A program made the position numbers and the translations under genes. DNA of 64,000 nt from Octopus sinensis (lineage: Eukaryota), in NCBI RefSeq assembly GCF_006345805.1, contig NC_042999.1, forward strand, positions 145,204,001 through 145,268,000, in the 5' to 3' direction. The notes beneath the pieces are model-generated. The model saw only the letters and a program-made list of their open reading frames with translations, was not told the origin of the DNA and searched no databases. Within the stretch, counting starts at the first letter, position 1; the number at the start of each line of letters is the position of its first letter. Below are positions 53,203-64,000 of this stretch, piece after piece.

Positions 53203-53914
53203 CCGTATATACTCGTGTAAAAGTCGAATATTTTAGACCACTTTTTATGGAGTCGACTGTTACATGGATACTACTTTTGAGGAGCTGAAATTCAAGCTAG
53301 AATCCGAACTACCGTATCAGCAGCAGAAGCCCAGCTGATCACTAAAAACGTAATGAATTACAGTAATATTATCAATTCTATGCATCAAAACACACACCCT
53401 AGTAAAATATAAAGGTCTAGCTAATAACCGAATATTTTTAGGCTTACCAAAGCCATACCTTGCAAGACTGGGGTTTGCCAGTGATCGCCAATAATGCTGC
53501 CCGTGAAATACGTTTCTCACCATGTAAACCTGTGTTTATTGTGTTTGAAGATGTATGCAGGCTTGCAGCATATTCTGTGCATACAATTTAGTAATGGTGG
53601 TGTAGCACCCATGTAGTACCCATGTGTAGTGCTCGCTATTAAATGGTGTTTTACTATAAGCACCGAGCATTCCATTATAAGCTCCAAACATTCCGCCTAT
53701 CTAGCAGGCTACAGTACAGTAGCCACATAATTTTGTAACAGTGCTTTTTCTACGTACAGGATAATACGGTACCTTGACCCACAAATGTTGTCCGGTCGTT
53801 CATAAAATACTAGGATTGACTTTTATATGGGATCTATGAAAATTTCCCAAGTTTTTGGCCCAAAATAGGGGGTTGACTTTTACATGAGATCGACTCTTAC
53901 TCTAGTATATACGG
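53203..53914. mobile_element. Non-autonomous pogo-like element (MITE)
   Basis: Imperfect TIRs CCGTATATACTCGTGTAAAAGTCGA / TCGACTCTTACTCTAGTATATACGG; TA on the right flank. Confidence 0.7.
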
Positions 53915-54154
53915 TAATTCTTTAGTTCCCTTTGATGATACGAAGAATGATTCATTTTATAAACTGCACAGCTTAATGTGTTCTGCTGAAAGTGTACATT
54001 TTGCTGAATGTGTCTGCAACAACTGCCATGTACATTATTTACATTTGACGGATATTTGTCCTCATCTTGTTTGTTGCTAACACAACGTTTCGGCTGATAT
54101 ACCCTCCAGCCGGGTGAGTAACCCGCTCTCTTAACCACGATGCCATATGCCCAC

Positions 54155-54225
54155 GGGCATATGGCGTAGTGGTCAAGAGCGCAGGCTACTAACCTTAAGA
54201 TTCCGAGTTCGATTCCAGGCAGTGA

Positions 54226-54230
<5 letters not shown>
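54155..54230 (+). mobile_element. tRNA-derived SINE head (Pol III A and B boxes) followed by (AAT)n
   Basis: A box TGGCGTAGTGG, B box GAGTTCGATTCC (54205-54216); no proper acceptor stem, so not a tRNA gene. Confidence 0.7.
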
Positions 54231-54261
<31 letters not shown>

Positions 54262-54294
54262 CAACGACGACGACGACAACAACAACAACAACAA

Positions 54295-54720
54295 TAATAT
54301 AAATGGACGAAATAAGATCGAAGCTATCAACACCTGGGCGATTTCACTCCTTAGATATGGAGTAGAGGTAATCGCATGGACAGTAGACGAACTAAACAGC
54401 TTCGACAGAAAGACAAGGAAGTTGCTAACTAGATATGAGTCACTCCACCCAAAAAGTGACACCAACAGACAGTATTTACCAAGAAAGAGGGGGAAGAGGA
54501 CTAACTGGATGCGAACACAGCATTAGAGCAGAAGGTAACAACATAGCATGGTATGTAAAGAAACGCCACAGAACCGCTACTATTAGAAGTAGGGAGGTCA
54601 GGCTTGTGTAGGATGAAAGATTGCAAAGATAAAGCACTATACAAGAAATTGAAAGCGATGGAAACTGAAAATAGGTGGGTAAAGAAAAGAATGCATGGTC
54701 AATTTCATATGGATGTTGAA
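54295..54720 (+). mobile_element. R4/Dong-type LINE fragment
   Basis: NKIEAINTWAISLLRYG...W...EL..FDRKTRKLLT...HPKSD..R.YLPRK.GGRGL, the same family as 16190 and 48750. Confidence 0.7.
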
Positions 54721-54724
54721 ATAG

Positions 54725-54960
54725 ATGCTCGTCTCGTACAAGTTAATTAACAAGCAGTCTGGAGCATTTCATAAACTTCTGTAGCGTTTTTACCCAGTTT
54801 AACAAAATCTTTATTGCACAACGAGCTTTCAAATTATCTTCACTTCCCGATGCACCCCTGCAAATTTGCCAGCTGCGACAAGCAGCGTATAGTAGTGTGT
54901 GTTCAAAATTCCGTCACAAGCCGTTTCCTTCGATCTGCAATAGCAAACGTTGGTAGGTCA
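54725..54960 (-). mobile_element. mariner transposase N-terminal fragment
   Basis: Decayed ...KDFVKLGKNATEVYEMLQTA resembles the mariner HTH (IKF.VKLGK.ATE.YEML). Confidence 0.5.
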
Positions 54961-55194
54961 GCTTATAAAATGTATAGTAATGATATACTAAAATTACAAT
55001 AAGCAAGGGCAGTTATAACTGCCTCTGCTAAAGAAGTCTCAGACCTTGTGGAATGCACCTTGTATTTATCTCGTTATGTCCATAATTCAGAATTTCAATT
55101 GCTCCTAGAACACAGAGGGTTTGTAGAGGCCCATGACAGGCTCGTAAATGGCAGTGAATACACGGTTTTTCAGGTGATCACATCCCTGTAGATG

Positions 55195-55274
55195 TGTCAA
55201 ACTTTGAGTAAGCTAAAGTTACTGTCACATCCCTGTAGATGTGACAGTAACTTTAGCTTACTCAAAGTTTGACA
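55195..55274. repeat. Perfect 37-bp hairpin with a 6-nt loop
   Basis: TGTCAAACTTTGAGTAAGCTAAAGTTACTGTCACATC-CCTGTA-reverse complement. Confidence 0.95.
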
Positions 55275-56619
55275 AATCTTTCTGAGTTCTGAAAGATATC
55301 TTTTGTAGGTCTTTATTGAACTATTGAATTTCCTCAAGTATAATTAGTTAATTTTTATAGCACTTACCGTTTATATTAGATGATTTGTCGGTCCAGGACA
55401 ATTACCACAGCTTACGGTAGCGTTCAAAGCAACATATCCAAGTTAAGTCGGATGTGTTACTTTTGTACTTTTGTTATGTTTTTCTTGCTACCTCAAGTCA
55501 GCATAGGTGAAGCAGACCAATTATTAGAAGTGGTGTTATATTCTTTATTTGGAATGGCCAGTTTAACTGAAGCAGTAAATAGGGCGCCTGTGGTTAAAAA
55601 ACGTGACATAGACCAAATTCGTTTGACACTCGCTGGAACATGTTTACATCCATAGCTTTTTACCATAATGTGAAGAATCCCGAGTGTGTAGCACATCATA
55701 AATCAACAAGAATGTGTAAGCAAGCATCTAAACTTTTTAATTCTGTTTTGATAAGCTGTGATCTGATTGGTTGCATTATATAATTTCATATAATTAATAA
55801 CGAATGCTAAATTCATATAATTAACAACGAATGTCTGCTTATAGCTGCGATTTTTAATCTCTTAGACTTCATGGCACAGAAGAGGTTAAATGAAAAAGAT
55901 TATAGGCTCCCTTAAATTAAATAAAGAAGCTGGAACCTGATTTTGCTTGGTGAGTTAAATAAATCTAAATTTTAGATTAAATTAAAATCATGAAAAATTA
56001 TTACTTTGTTCTATTGATTACAATTGTAATAAAAAGTATGAATGACAGCTTTCAAATGGCTGAAGAATTCATATGGATTTTTTGCAGTTTTAGATTATAT
56101 TTTATAAAAATTCACGGCACATGCAGACACCACTTATAGAGCATCAGTGCACTGTAAAATTTCAGGAATGACGAGACTTTGCAAAACCTGGCAATCTTCA
56201 CATAGCGAATATCCTGCCTACTTTTTTTAATTGATAGCAAAATCAGTTGGATGTTATTGACTAGATATGGTATGTATGATTATGGTTTTTGTACGACGTA
56301 CGAATTTAGCTTTTGGCTAATCTGAAAGTGAGTTGATAATGCAAACATACTTAGTCGAGGACAGTAAGTTAGAGTTGATCTTTCCAACATTGTGATGCTA
56401 CATTACTTGTTTCACAGATAGACCCTTACTGCTGACGGACGATCTGTTCTGGAAACAAAGTTTTAGCAGTGACATACATACATACATACATACATACATA
56501 CATACATACATACATACATACATACACGCACACATACACGCACACATATATGCATGTATATATATGCATATGTATCTATTTATATATATATATATTATAT
56601 ATATATGTATGTATGCATG

Positions 56620-56824
56620 CGAGGGAATGCTGAAAAGTTCTTGGCTTAGGGTAAAAGTAGATACAGAAGGATAAGTTAATTATAAATTTATTTAACATAT
56701 TCCCCTCTTAGATTCATACAGTGATCCTTCAGGTTTTCTAAGCCCTATAAAAGAACTCGGAAGTTTGGACCACCAACCACGCCTTTCTCAATACGCTTAA
56801 AGCCAGGAACTTTTCATAACTTCG
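56620..56824. mobile_element. mariner-like MITE
   Basis: Inverted termini CGAGGGAATGCTGAAAAGTTCTTGGCTT / AAAGCCAGGAACTTTTCATAACTTCG. Confidence 0.6.
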
Positions 56825-56825
56825 C

Positions 56826-56886
<61 letters not shown>

Positions 56887-57068
56887 CTTTACTTTTCAGA
56901 GCGCTCGGTCTTGTTTGCTCTGGTTGATTCTGTGAGAGCGGACAGCAGGGTGTTGTTAGAGGTCTCACATTGTAAGCTTTGATAATTGGCTGTTAATATC
57001 GTGGAAGACATTCAGAACCCAAGTACCAATCACAAGATCCTAGCTGTTCCTAATGACTATATATATAT

Positions 57069-57152
<84 letters not shown>

Positions 57153-57353
57153 TATATATAAAGATAAAAGAATGGAGAATTATACTTTATTTAAACAGCT
57201 TATGCAAGTTTCGTTTGGAGTGGCAAATCAAAAATTCTACGAAACAGTAATCAAGCACATTAATCGGACCCATATTTGATGGACTAAGAATCTACTGAGA
57301 TAGATAGAAAAATGTGACACCATCCTATCCTTATCAAAGCCATACCATACCGC

Positions 57354-57409
<56 letters not shown>

Positions 57410-58639
57410 ATTTATGTTTCTTATGTATGTATGCATGCTGCTTCCAGCCTGATAAACTTATAGCTAGCAAGATTTCCTTCTTATCCTTTTCTCTTATTCC
57501 ACACTAGTACTAGTTGATCACTGGGGTTGATGTAATCGACTAGCCTCCACCTCGGAATTGCTAGCCTTGTGCTAAAATTTGAATCCAATATTTCATTACT
57601 CATAACAATTATTATTCTTGGTAGACTTATGTTTAATTGGCTTCTTAGCCTACAACACACAGTCTCACATCCGTTATACGACCGCATTAGACGCTGGGAA
57701 ATCTTTTAGTGCATTTAAAAGTTAAATGCATTTTATACACTGGGAATTATGGTAACTGTCATTTGCTTTCAATTTACCGGCGCTAAGTGCAGGAAACATT
57801 CAAGGGAATACAATATGTGAATTAATACGCGAACTTGTGCAAATGACAATAATGCATAAGCACTCTTGGCACACTGCTCAGGACATGTGAACCAGAAATT
57901 CTCTTGGTTCTGTGGGAGATATTTGCTCTTATTTGTTTTTTTTTTTTGCTCTCGACTGTTGTCCTGTAATAATGTCAAGCTCAAGATCCTAAACTAAGTA
58001 GATTAACTCAATGAAGTACTCCGAATTAGTAGATGTTGAAAGTTTAAGGATGTAATTATTGGAGTGATGAAGGAAGATATTAAATAATTTATAACGGGAA
58101 GTTTTTGGAAAGGACTGTTACTGTTCTTTGCTAGTAATAACTGTGTAAATCCCCAAACTGAGCATCATTACTTAGTGCCAAAAGTTCTATCCTCTCTACT
58201 TCAAGTGGCAAATAGTAAAAACAATAGATTACGTATGCACACCAGTATAAGAGTGCATATGTGTGTGTGTGTGTGTATGTAATAAAATGATGGTGAATCC
58301 TTTATAGAATTATGACATTTTTATAGATTATGACATTTTTATAGAGTTTATAGAGATGAAAGATAACTGAATATATAATAAATGAATTCATAAAGAAAGA
58401 AAATCATTCTCAAAGGTTATCGTTAAACTTTAACATTGATCTAAACGACATTGTTCCAGAAGTTATGATATTTACAGTCCGCACCACACTTACCATAATT
58501 TTTGCTGATTTTCTTTGATATTGCATTTCTCGCTAGCTTCTTTTTCTCTTTTCTTTTGTACAATTTTGTGTAGTCGCCATTGTGTCTGGATTTCTCATGA
58601 CTATTTCGTTCAAAGCTAGATGGGAAACTTAACGTTTTT

Positions 58640-58961
<322 letters not shown>

Positions 58962-58965
58962 TCTT

Positions 58966-59250
58966 ACTCTTTTACTTGTTTCAGTCATTTGACTGCGGCC
59001 ATGCTGGATCACCGCCTTTAGTCGAGCAAATCGACCCCGGGACTTATTCTTTGTAAGCCCAGTACTTATTCTATCAGTCTCTTTTGCCGAACCGCTAAGT
59101 GACGGGGACGTAAACACACCAGCATCGGTTGTCAAGCAATGCGAGGGGGACAAACACAGACACACAAACACATACACACACACACACACACACACTTAGA
59201 AATATATATATACATATATACGACAGGCTTCTTTCAGTTTCCGTCTACCA
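58966..59250 (-). mobile_element. SINE family B copy (head truncated)
   Basis: TTTCAGTCATTTGACTGCGGCCATGCTGG...GACAGGCTTCTTTCAGTTTCCGTCTACC. Confidence 0.85.
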
Positions 59251-59254
59251 AATC

Positions 59255-59300
<46 letters not shown>

Positions 59301-59409
59301 CACTACTACTACTACTATTATTACTACTACTACTAAAAATACATTTATATTTCAAAAACGAAAAGAACGACTTTTTCAATGATCAAAAATTGAGAAAATA
59401 AAACAAAAA

Positions 59410-61300
59410 ACTATGATGTGTGGGGGTCTCGGGTTTCTGCGTAAAGAATTCTTTAAACTAGTTTTATTTCATATCAGAATCCCTTTAGTATAGGTTCAGT
59501 ACTTGACTGGTGGATGGAAAGGGTTACACAAAAGCAAGAGGGCTGGTACTAAAACGTGAGTTGAATAAACCAAATTGAAAATAAAAATGCAATTAAATTA
59601 TAAAGCAAATATAACAAAACAACAAAGTTTGAAGAAGTATAAAGGTGATTGAAACAGTGAGTGAATGGCACTGGGTCCAAGTCTTGGGTGTACTTTGAAG
59701 GTGATGCTAACATCATTTGGACAGTGCTGATGGAATCTTTTCCACATCATACAAATAATGTAGCGTTCACGGCGTCGTTGGAATGAATAGAGTTTCAGCT
59801 TTTCTAGTCGACCCCAGTAGTCGAAGTATGACATGCCATCTATTTTTTTTTCGTGATTGACCTTTGGGGAGCTTCAATTTTCATAATGTTTTGTTTCGTG
59901 TGGGGAGACTACAGTGGACAGCAGTATTCAAGGTGAGTTCGGGCAAAAGTAGAGAACTGAAGGATAATGGTGTGTGAATCTCTCGACTGGAAGGTTCTGA
60001 GAATCTAGGAACACATTCTGCGGGCCATGTTAACTTTGCTGCTTATATGTGTAGCCCAGCTTGTGTTGTTGTCCACAGTTACTTCCAAGTCTCTGATGTT
60101 GTTAGATGTCATGAGAATTTCACCAGAAGGAAGGGAATATGGGAGTTTCAGAGCGTCCTCCCTTCCAAAGTGGATCAGTTCGAATTTGTCTTCGTTTAGT
60201 AACATGTTGTTATTTTCCTCCCATTGGACAACAGCCAGTAGGTCTGACTGAAGGCTTATCCGGTCATCCACGCCATTGACGACCTTCTGGTGCTTGGAAT
60301 CATCAGCGAAGATTCTGATGTTACTGTGTTTGATGATATCAGTAATGTCATTAATATAGATGAAGAGAAGTGGGCCCAATACAGTGCCTTGTGGGACACC
60401 ACTACTGACTTTGGTTGGGCTGGATTTGACTCCTTCGACTACAACATGTTGGGTTCTGTTTGACAGGAAGCACTTGATCCACTGCAGCAGCTTTCCATTG
60501 ACATCAATATTGGACAGCTTTCTCAGAAGAATCTTATGATTAACCCTGTTAAAGGCCTTGCTGAAATCAATGTAGATAACATCAACCCTATCCAAGACTC
60601 TCAAAATGTCATCAAAATGATGCAGTAGCTGCGTCAGGCAATCCCTTCCATTACGGAATCCATGCTGGTTGGAGTTCAGTATATTATTACTCTCAAGGAA
60701 GTGAGTCATTCGCGATCTCACCACTCTCTCAAATACCTTAATGATATGAGAGGTGAGTGAGATTGGACGGTAATTCACAGCAAGGGATTTGTTTCCTTTT
60801 TTGAAAACTGGGACAACAGACTGGGATAGAAGGTTTTCTGATATATATCCAGCATCCAGTGAGTTCTGCCACAGATTGGCTAGAGGGGGTGCAAGTTGGT
60901 GTTGACACACCTTCAAGACACAAGCAGGGAACGTATCGGGACCTACTGCTGAATTCAGCTTGATTTCCTTTATTGCTGCTAAGACATCAGGGGCGCCAAA
61001 GGTTATGTCCGATAAGGTGTATTGGGGAGTAACATCACTGACACACTTCAGATCAGCCATATCAGGATTGCTGAAAACAGAGCAGTATTTTTTCTGCAGC
61101 ATTTCTCCCATGGTTTTGGCATTGTCTTGAAGAATGCCATTTTCATCAGTCAGAGGGCCAACAGTAGAGCCAGTGACTTTGTGTTTTCTTTTGCAAATGA
61201 AAAGAACACTTTGGGATTAAGTTTGATCTTCGGGTCTTCTCTGATTATTGATGATAGACATCATATTGTTTTGGAGGTTATGTTTCTTAATATCTAGTGA
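59410..61300 (-). mobile_element. CR1-clade LINE, 5'-truncated, RT region largely open (368-aa ORF 60005-61111)
   Basis: YRPISLTSHIIKVFER, NQHGFR, IYIDFSKAF, SGVPQGTVLGPLLF, FADDSK, and downstream YWGRLEKLKLYSFQRRRERY. Confidence 0.9.
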
Positions 61301-61413
61301 TGTGATGGCAGTCAGTACGATAAACGTAAACAAACAAACGAAGTTTGGTTTAGAAGCGTTCTAATATAATATATATATATTATATACGATATATATAATA
61401 TATATATATATAT

Positions 61414-61456
<43 letters not shown>

Positions 61457-61496
61457 CTATATACATTATTTAAAAGCCGCAGAAATATAACAAAAG

Positions 61497-61532
61497 CTGT
61501 TACTCAGTTTCACGTTCCCGTTCGTCGGACAG
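61497..61532 (-). ncRNA. Minimal type I hammerhead-like motif (U4C variant), left arm of an inverted pair
   Basis: CUGU-CCGACGA-ACG(GGAA)CGU-GAA-ACUGAGU-A-ACAG; stem I extends through AACAAAA/UUUUGUU. Confidence 0.55.
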
Positions 61533-61568
61533 TTTTGTTAAAAAAAAAAGATATTTTTTTAAACAAAA

Positions 61569-61606
61569 CTGTCCGACGAACGGAAACGTAGAACTCTGAG
61601 TAACAG
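61569..61606 (+). ncRNA. Second, core-damaged hammerhead-like motif, right arm of the inverted pair
   Basis: CUGU-CCGACGA-ACG(GAAA)CGU-AGA-ACUCUGAGU-A-ACAG; GAAA is changed to AGAA. Confidence 0.4.
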
Positions 61607-62223
61607 CTTTTTTTATATTTCTACTGCTTTTAAATAAAGCACATTACTCTACCTCTGGTATCTGAGTATTCTTTTTTCCGCCTTGTTTCACATTTATGTG
61701 CTTACTATCATGTTCTTAAGAATGAAATCAACCTCTCTGTCTATATATCTACCCTCTTTATAATGTTGGCAAATGAAATAGGGATAATAATGTGCATTGT
61801 CCGTTTAATTGGAAAATTCTATAAGTGGCTGAAGATTGCTCGACATTTTAAAACTGATGTAATACTTACAGTGTTTAATAAAATGAAGTAGCATGAAGCA
61901 ATTGTACTACTCTACCTTGGATATACTTGTTGCTTATTTTGATTATAATCACCCCATTTGATTTATATGGATAATACCATACAAAAGTCTGGTGCCTTTA
62001 ACTTAAGTACTATATTCATCTGAATCTAAATTTTGCAGAACTTATATATATATAACATATATATATATATATATATATATAAATACATATATGCTTATAT
62101 ATATATTTATAAATATACATATATATATGTATATAATATATGTGTATATGTATTATATAATATATATACATACATAGATTATATAATATATATATTATTA
62201 TATATATATATATATAGATATAT

Positions 62224-62277
<54 letters not shown>

Positions 62278-62328
62278 TATATAATATATATAGACAAATG
62301 TATAAATATATATATATGTATATATATA

Positions 62329-62550
62329 TATAAACAACGTATAAACACGGGCAAAAGGAATTATTTCTATGCTAATATGCTGATAACAGACTTCTAAATC
62401 GTCAATTTCCACATAGCTTTCCTCAATTTCAGCACAACGTATTTCTGTAGTGGGTATAATAATATGTGGAAAATGACGATTTAAAAGTCTGTTATCAGCA
62501 TATTGGCATAGAAATAATTTTCTTTTGCCCTTGTTTATAAGTTGTTTATA
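62329..62550. repeat. Fold-back (MITE-like) inverted repeat, arms about 87 bp
   Basis: 62329-62415 pairs with 62463-62550. Confidence 0.85.
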
Positions 62551-62637
62551 ATTTTAACCTTTAAAAGTATTTTAATATGCTGCCACTTTTTCTGATGAAA
62601 TTTTTTCCTGTAAAAAAACTTCATCCTATATTAGTAG

Positions 62638-62669
<32 letters not shown>

Positions 62670-62733
62670 TGTATGTATGTATGTATGTATGTATGTATGT
62701 ATGTATGTATGTATGTATGTATGTATGTATGTA

Positions 62734-62764
<31 letters not shown>

Positions 62765-62792
62765 ATGTATATATACATACATATATATACAT

Positions 62793-63017
62793 AATTTCAA
62801 TAAAGGATTTATTAAAATATAAAATGGAAAATAGAAATGATGACAAAAATTTTACATCTCGAATGCCTTTATATATATACCGGATATAAAAAGAGATGAC
62901 TTATCCTTATTTTAAAAATATTTTATCTCTTTTTATATCCGGTATATATTTTATGGCATATGTAAAATTTTAATCTTTATTTCTATTTTTACATTTTATA
63001 AATCCTTTATTGAAATT
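62793..63017. repeat. Fold-back inverted repeat
   Basis: AATTTCAATAAAGGATTT...CCGGATATAAAAAGAGAT pairs with ATCTCTTTTTATATCCGG...AAATCCTTTATTGAAATT. Confidence 0.85.
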
Positions 63018-63099
63018 TTATACAAATATTTTATTTATTCTTGTATCATATTTATTATTGTATTTTGTATATCAATATACCCTCATATATACTGGTGCA

Positions 63100-64000
63100 A
63101 TTTCTATAGACTGTGAAGGAGTTTGTAACTTCTCTCTATAGTAATCAATGTATGATATAATACAATATGATATTCATATTCTTTATTTATATCTATATTT
63201 TAGAACTGCATTATATATTTAAGCTTTACTCTATCGTACTGTCGCTGCATGTTTCTCGTTCAGAGATTTAGAACTAATAATTTCTTTATTCATATAATAT
63301 ATATATGATATTTTATGTATATATGTAGTATTTTTATACCATCTTATATCCTTTCAGACTTTTTCATGCTTTTGATAAGGCTTTTAAATACGTTTACCTG
63401 TTATAGAAATATTTATCTTATTTTTTTAGCCCATAATCTTTGGTTTTGATTCTATAGAAAATGTGTAGCCCTATTTGGATGATATTTGAATTTAATTATA
63501 GGTTCATTGTTGAATAGTTTTACCATGACCACCTTAGCATTATGCTAGGAAGAAGCAATGTGAGGTTTCTATTTTACATAATGTCCCCCACTTTTATCGC
63601 TTAGATTGCTTTATCTGTCTTTCATCTCTTACATAGTCCTTAAATCCTTTTCTAAATTTTAATATTTTAATATATAACATTTGCTAAGCTTTGATGCACA
63701 TTTTTTCCCGTACTCTTAATTCCCACACTTAGATCTCACTGTAACCTCCTTTGTTTCCCATTTTAGGTCTCTTTTAGTTGATAATCATATGTTAAGTCAC
63801 TCTGCTCTTCTTTCTGGTTATCTCCTTTTCTCTATATATCATTATCTTGCTAGCATCTTCTTAGACATATTATTTTATGTAGATGTGGCCGATTTTATGG
63901 TCACATTAAAATAAGTGTAGGGCAGAGTATCTGACATTAATTTATTTATCACCACCAACAAGAACTTAACTGTTAATTCCCAATGGTTTAATTCTGAGAT
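63100..64000 (-). mobile_element. Highly decayed Penelope-like RT remnant
   Basis: Broken frames give KMGNKGG.SEI and FSIESKPKI...NISITGK...KPYQK, resembling PLE motifs MG..DGAE..EL and I.IE.N.K...FLD.T.NL..G.YKPY.K. Weak, judged by eye. Confidence 0.4.

Noticed and set aside
54155-54226. Possible tRNA gene
   Set aside because: Has A and B boxes but no consistent cloverleaf or acceptor stem and continues into (AAT)n; treated as a SINE head.
55368-58620. Candidate 5' UTR exons ending at strong donors 55367 and 58493 (minus strand)
   Set aside because: An upstream exon must exist (acceptor at 48088), but the sequence alone cannot say which; no coding signal.

Overview
AT-rich, microsatellite-dense eukaryotic DNA. 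The SINE families and repeat landscape point to an octopus/coleoid cephalopod (inference). Most of the window is the intron-rich body of one minus-strand gene, a DEG/ENaC (ASIC/FaNaC-superfamily) ion channel. I assembled 8 coding exons by hand (48066 down to 13191; 2540 nt, 846 codons, all splice phases compatible). They cover the N-terminal HG motif, TM1, finger, palm, beta-ball and a 10-Cys thumb. I did not find the last palm strands or TM2, which probably lie left of position 1. The striking feature is a single 1516-nt exon that puts about 480 extra residues (14 N-glycosylation sequons, one Cys) where the roughly 35-residue knuckle normally sits. The introns hold a young-looking Tx1/L1-clade LINE in a tandem and fold-back arrangement inside (TATC)n, a complete Chapaev3 and a pogo-type DNA transposon with TSDs, CR1, R4/Dong, Helitron, mariner and Penelope remnants, and many SINEs. 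Several short repeats contain minimal type I hammerhead-ribozyme-like motifs of the Penelope type, one fused to a tRNA-like Pol III head. There are also several long inverted repeats that could form intronic dsRNA.
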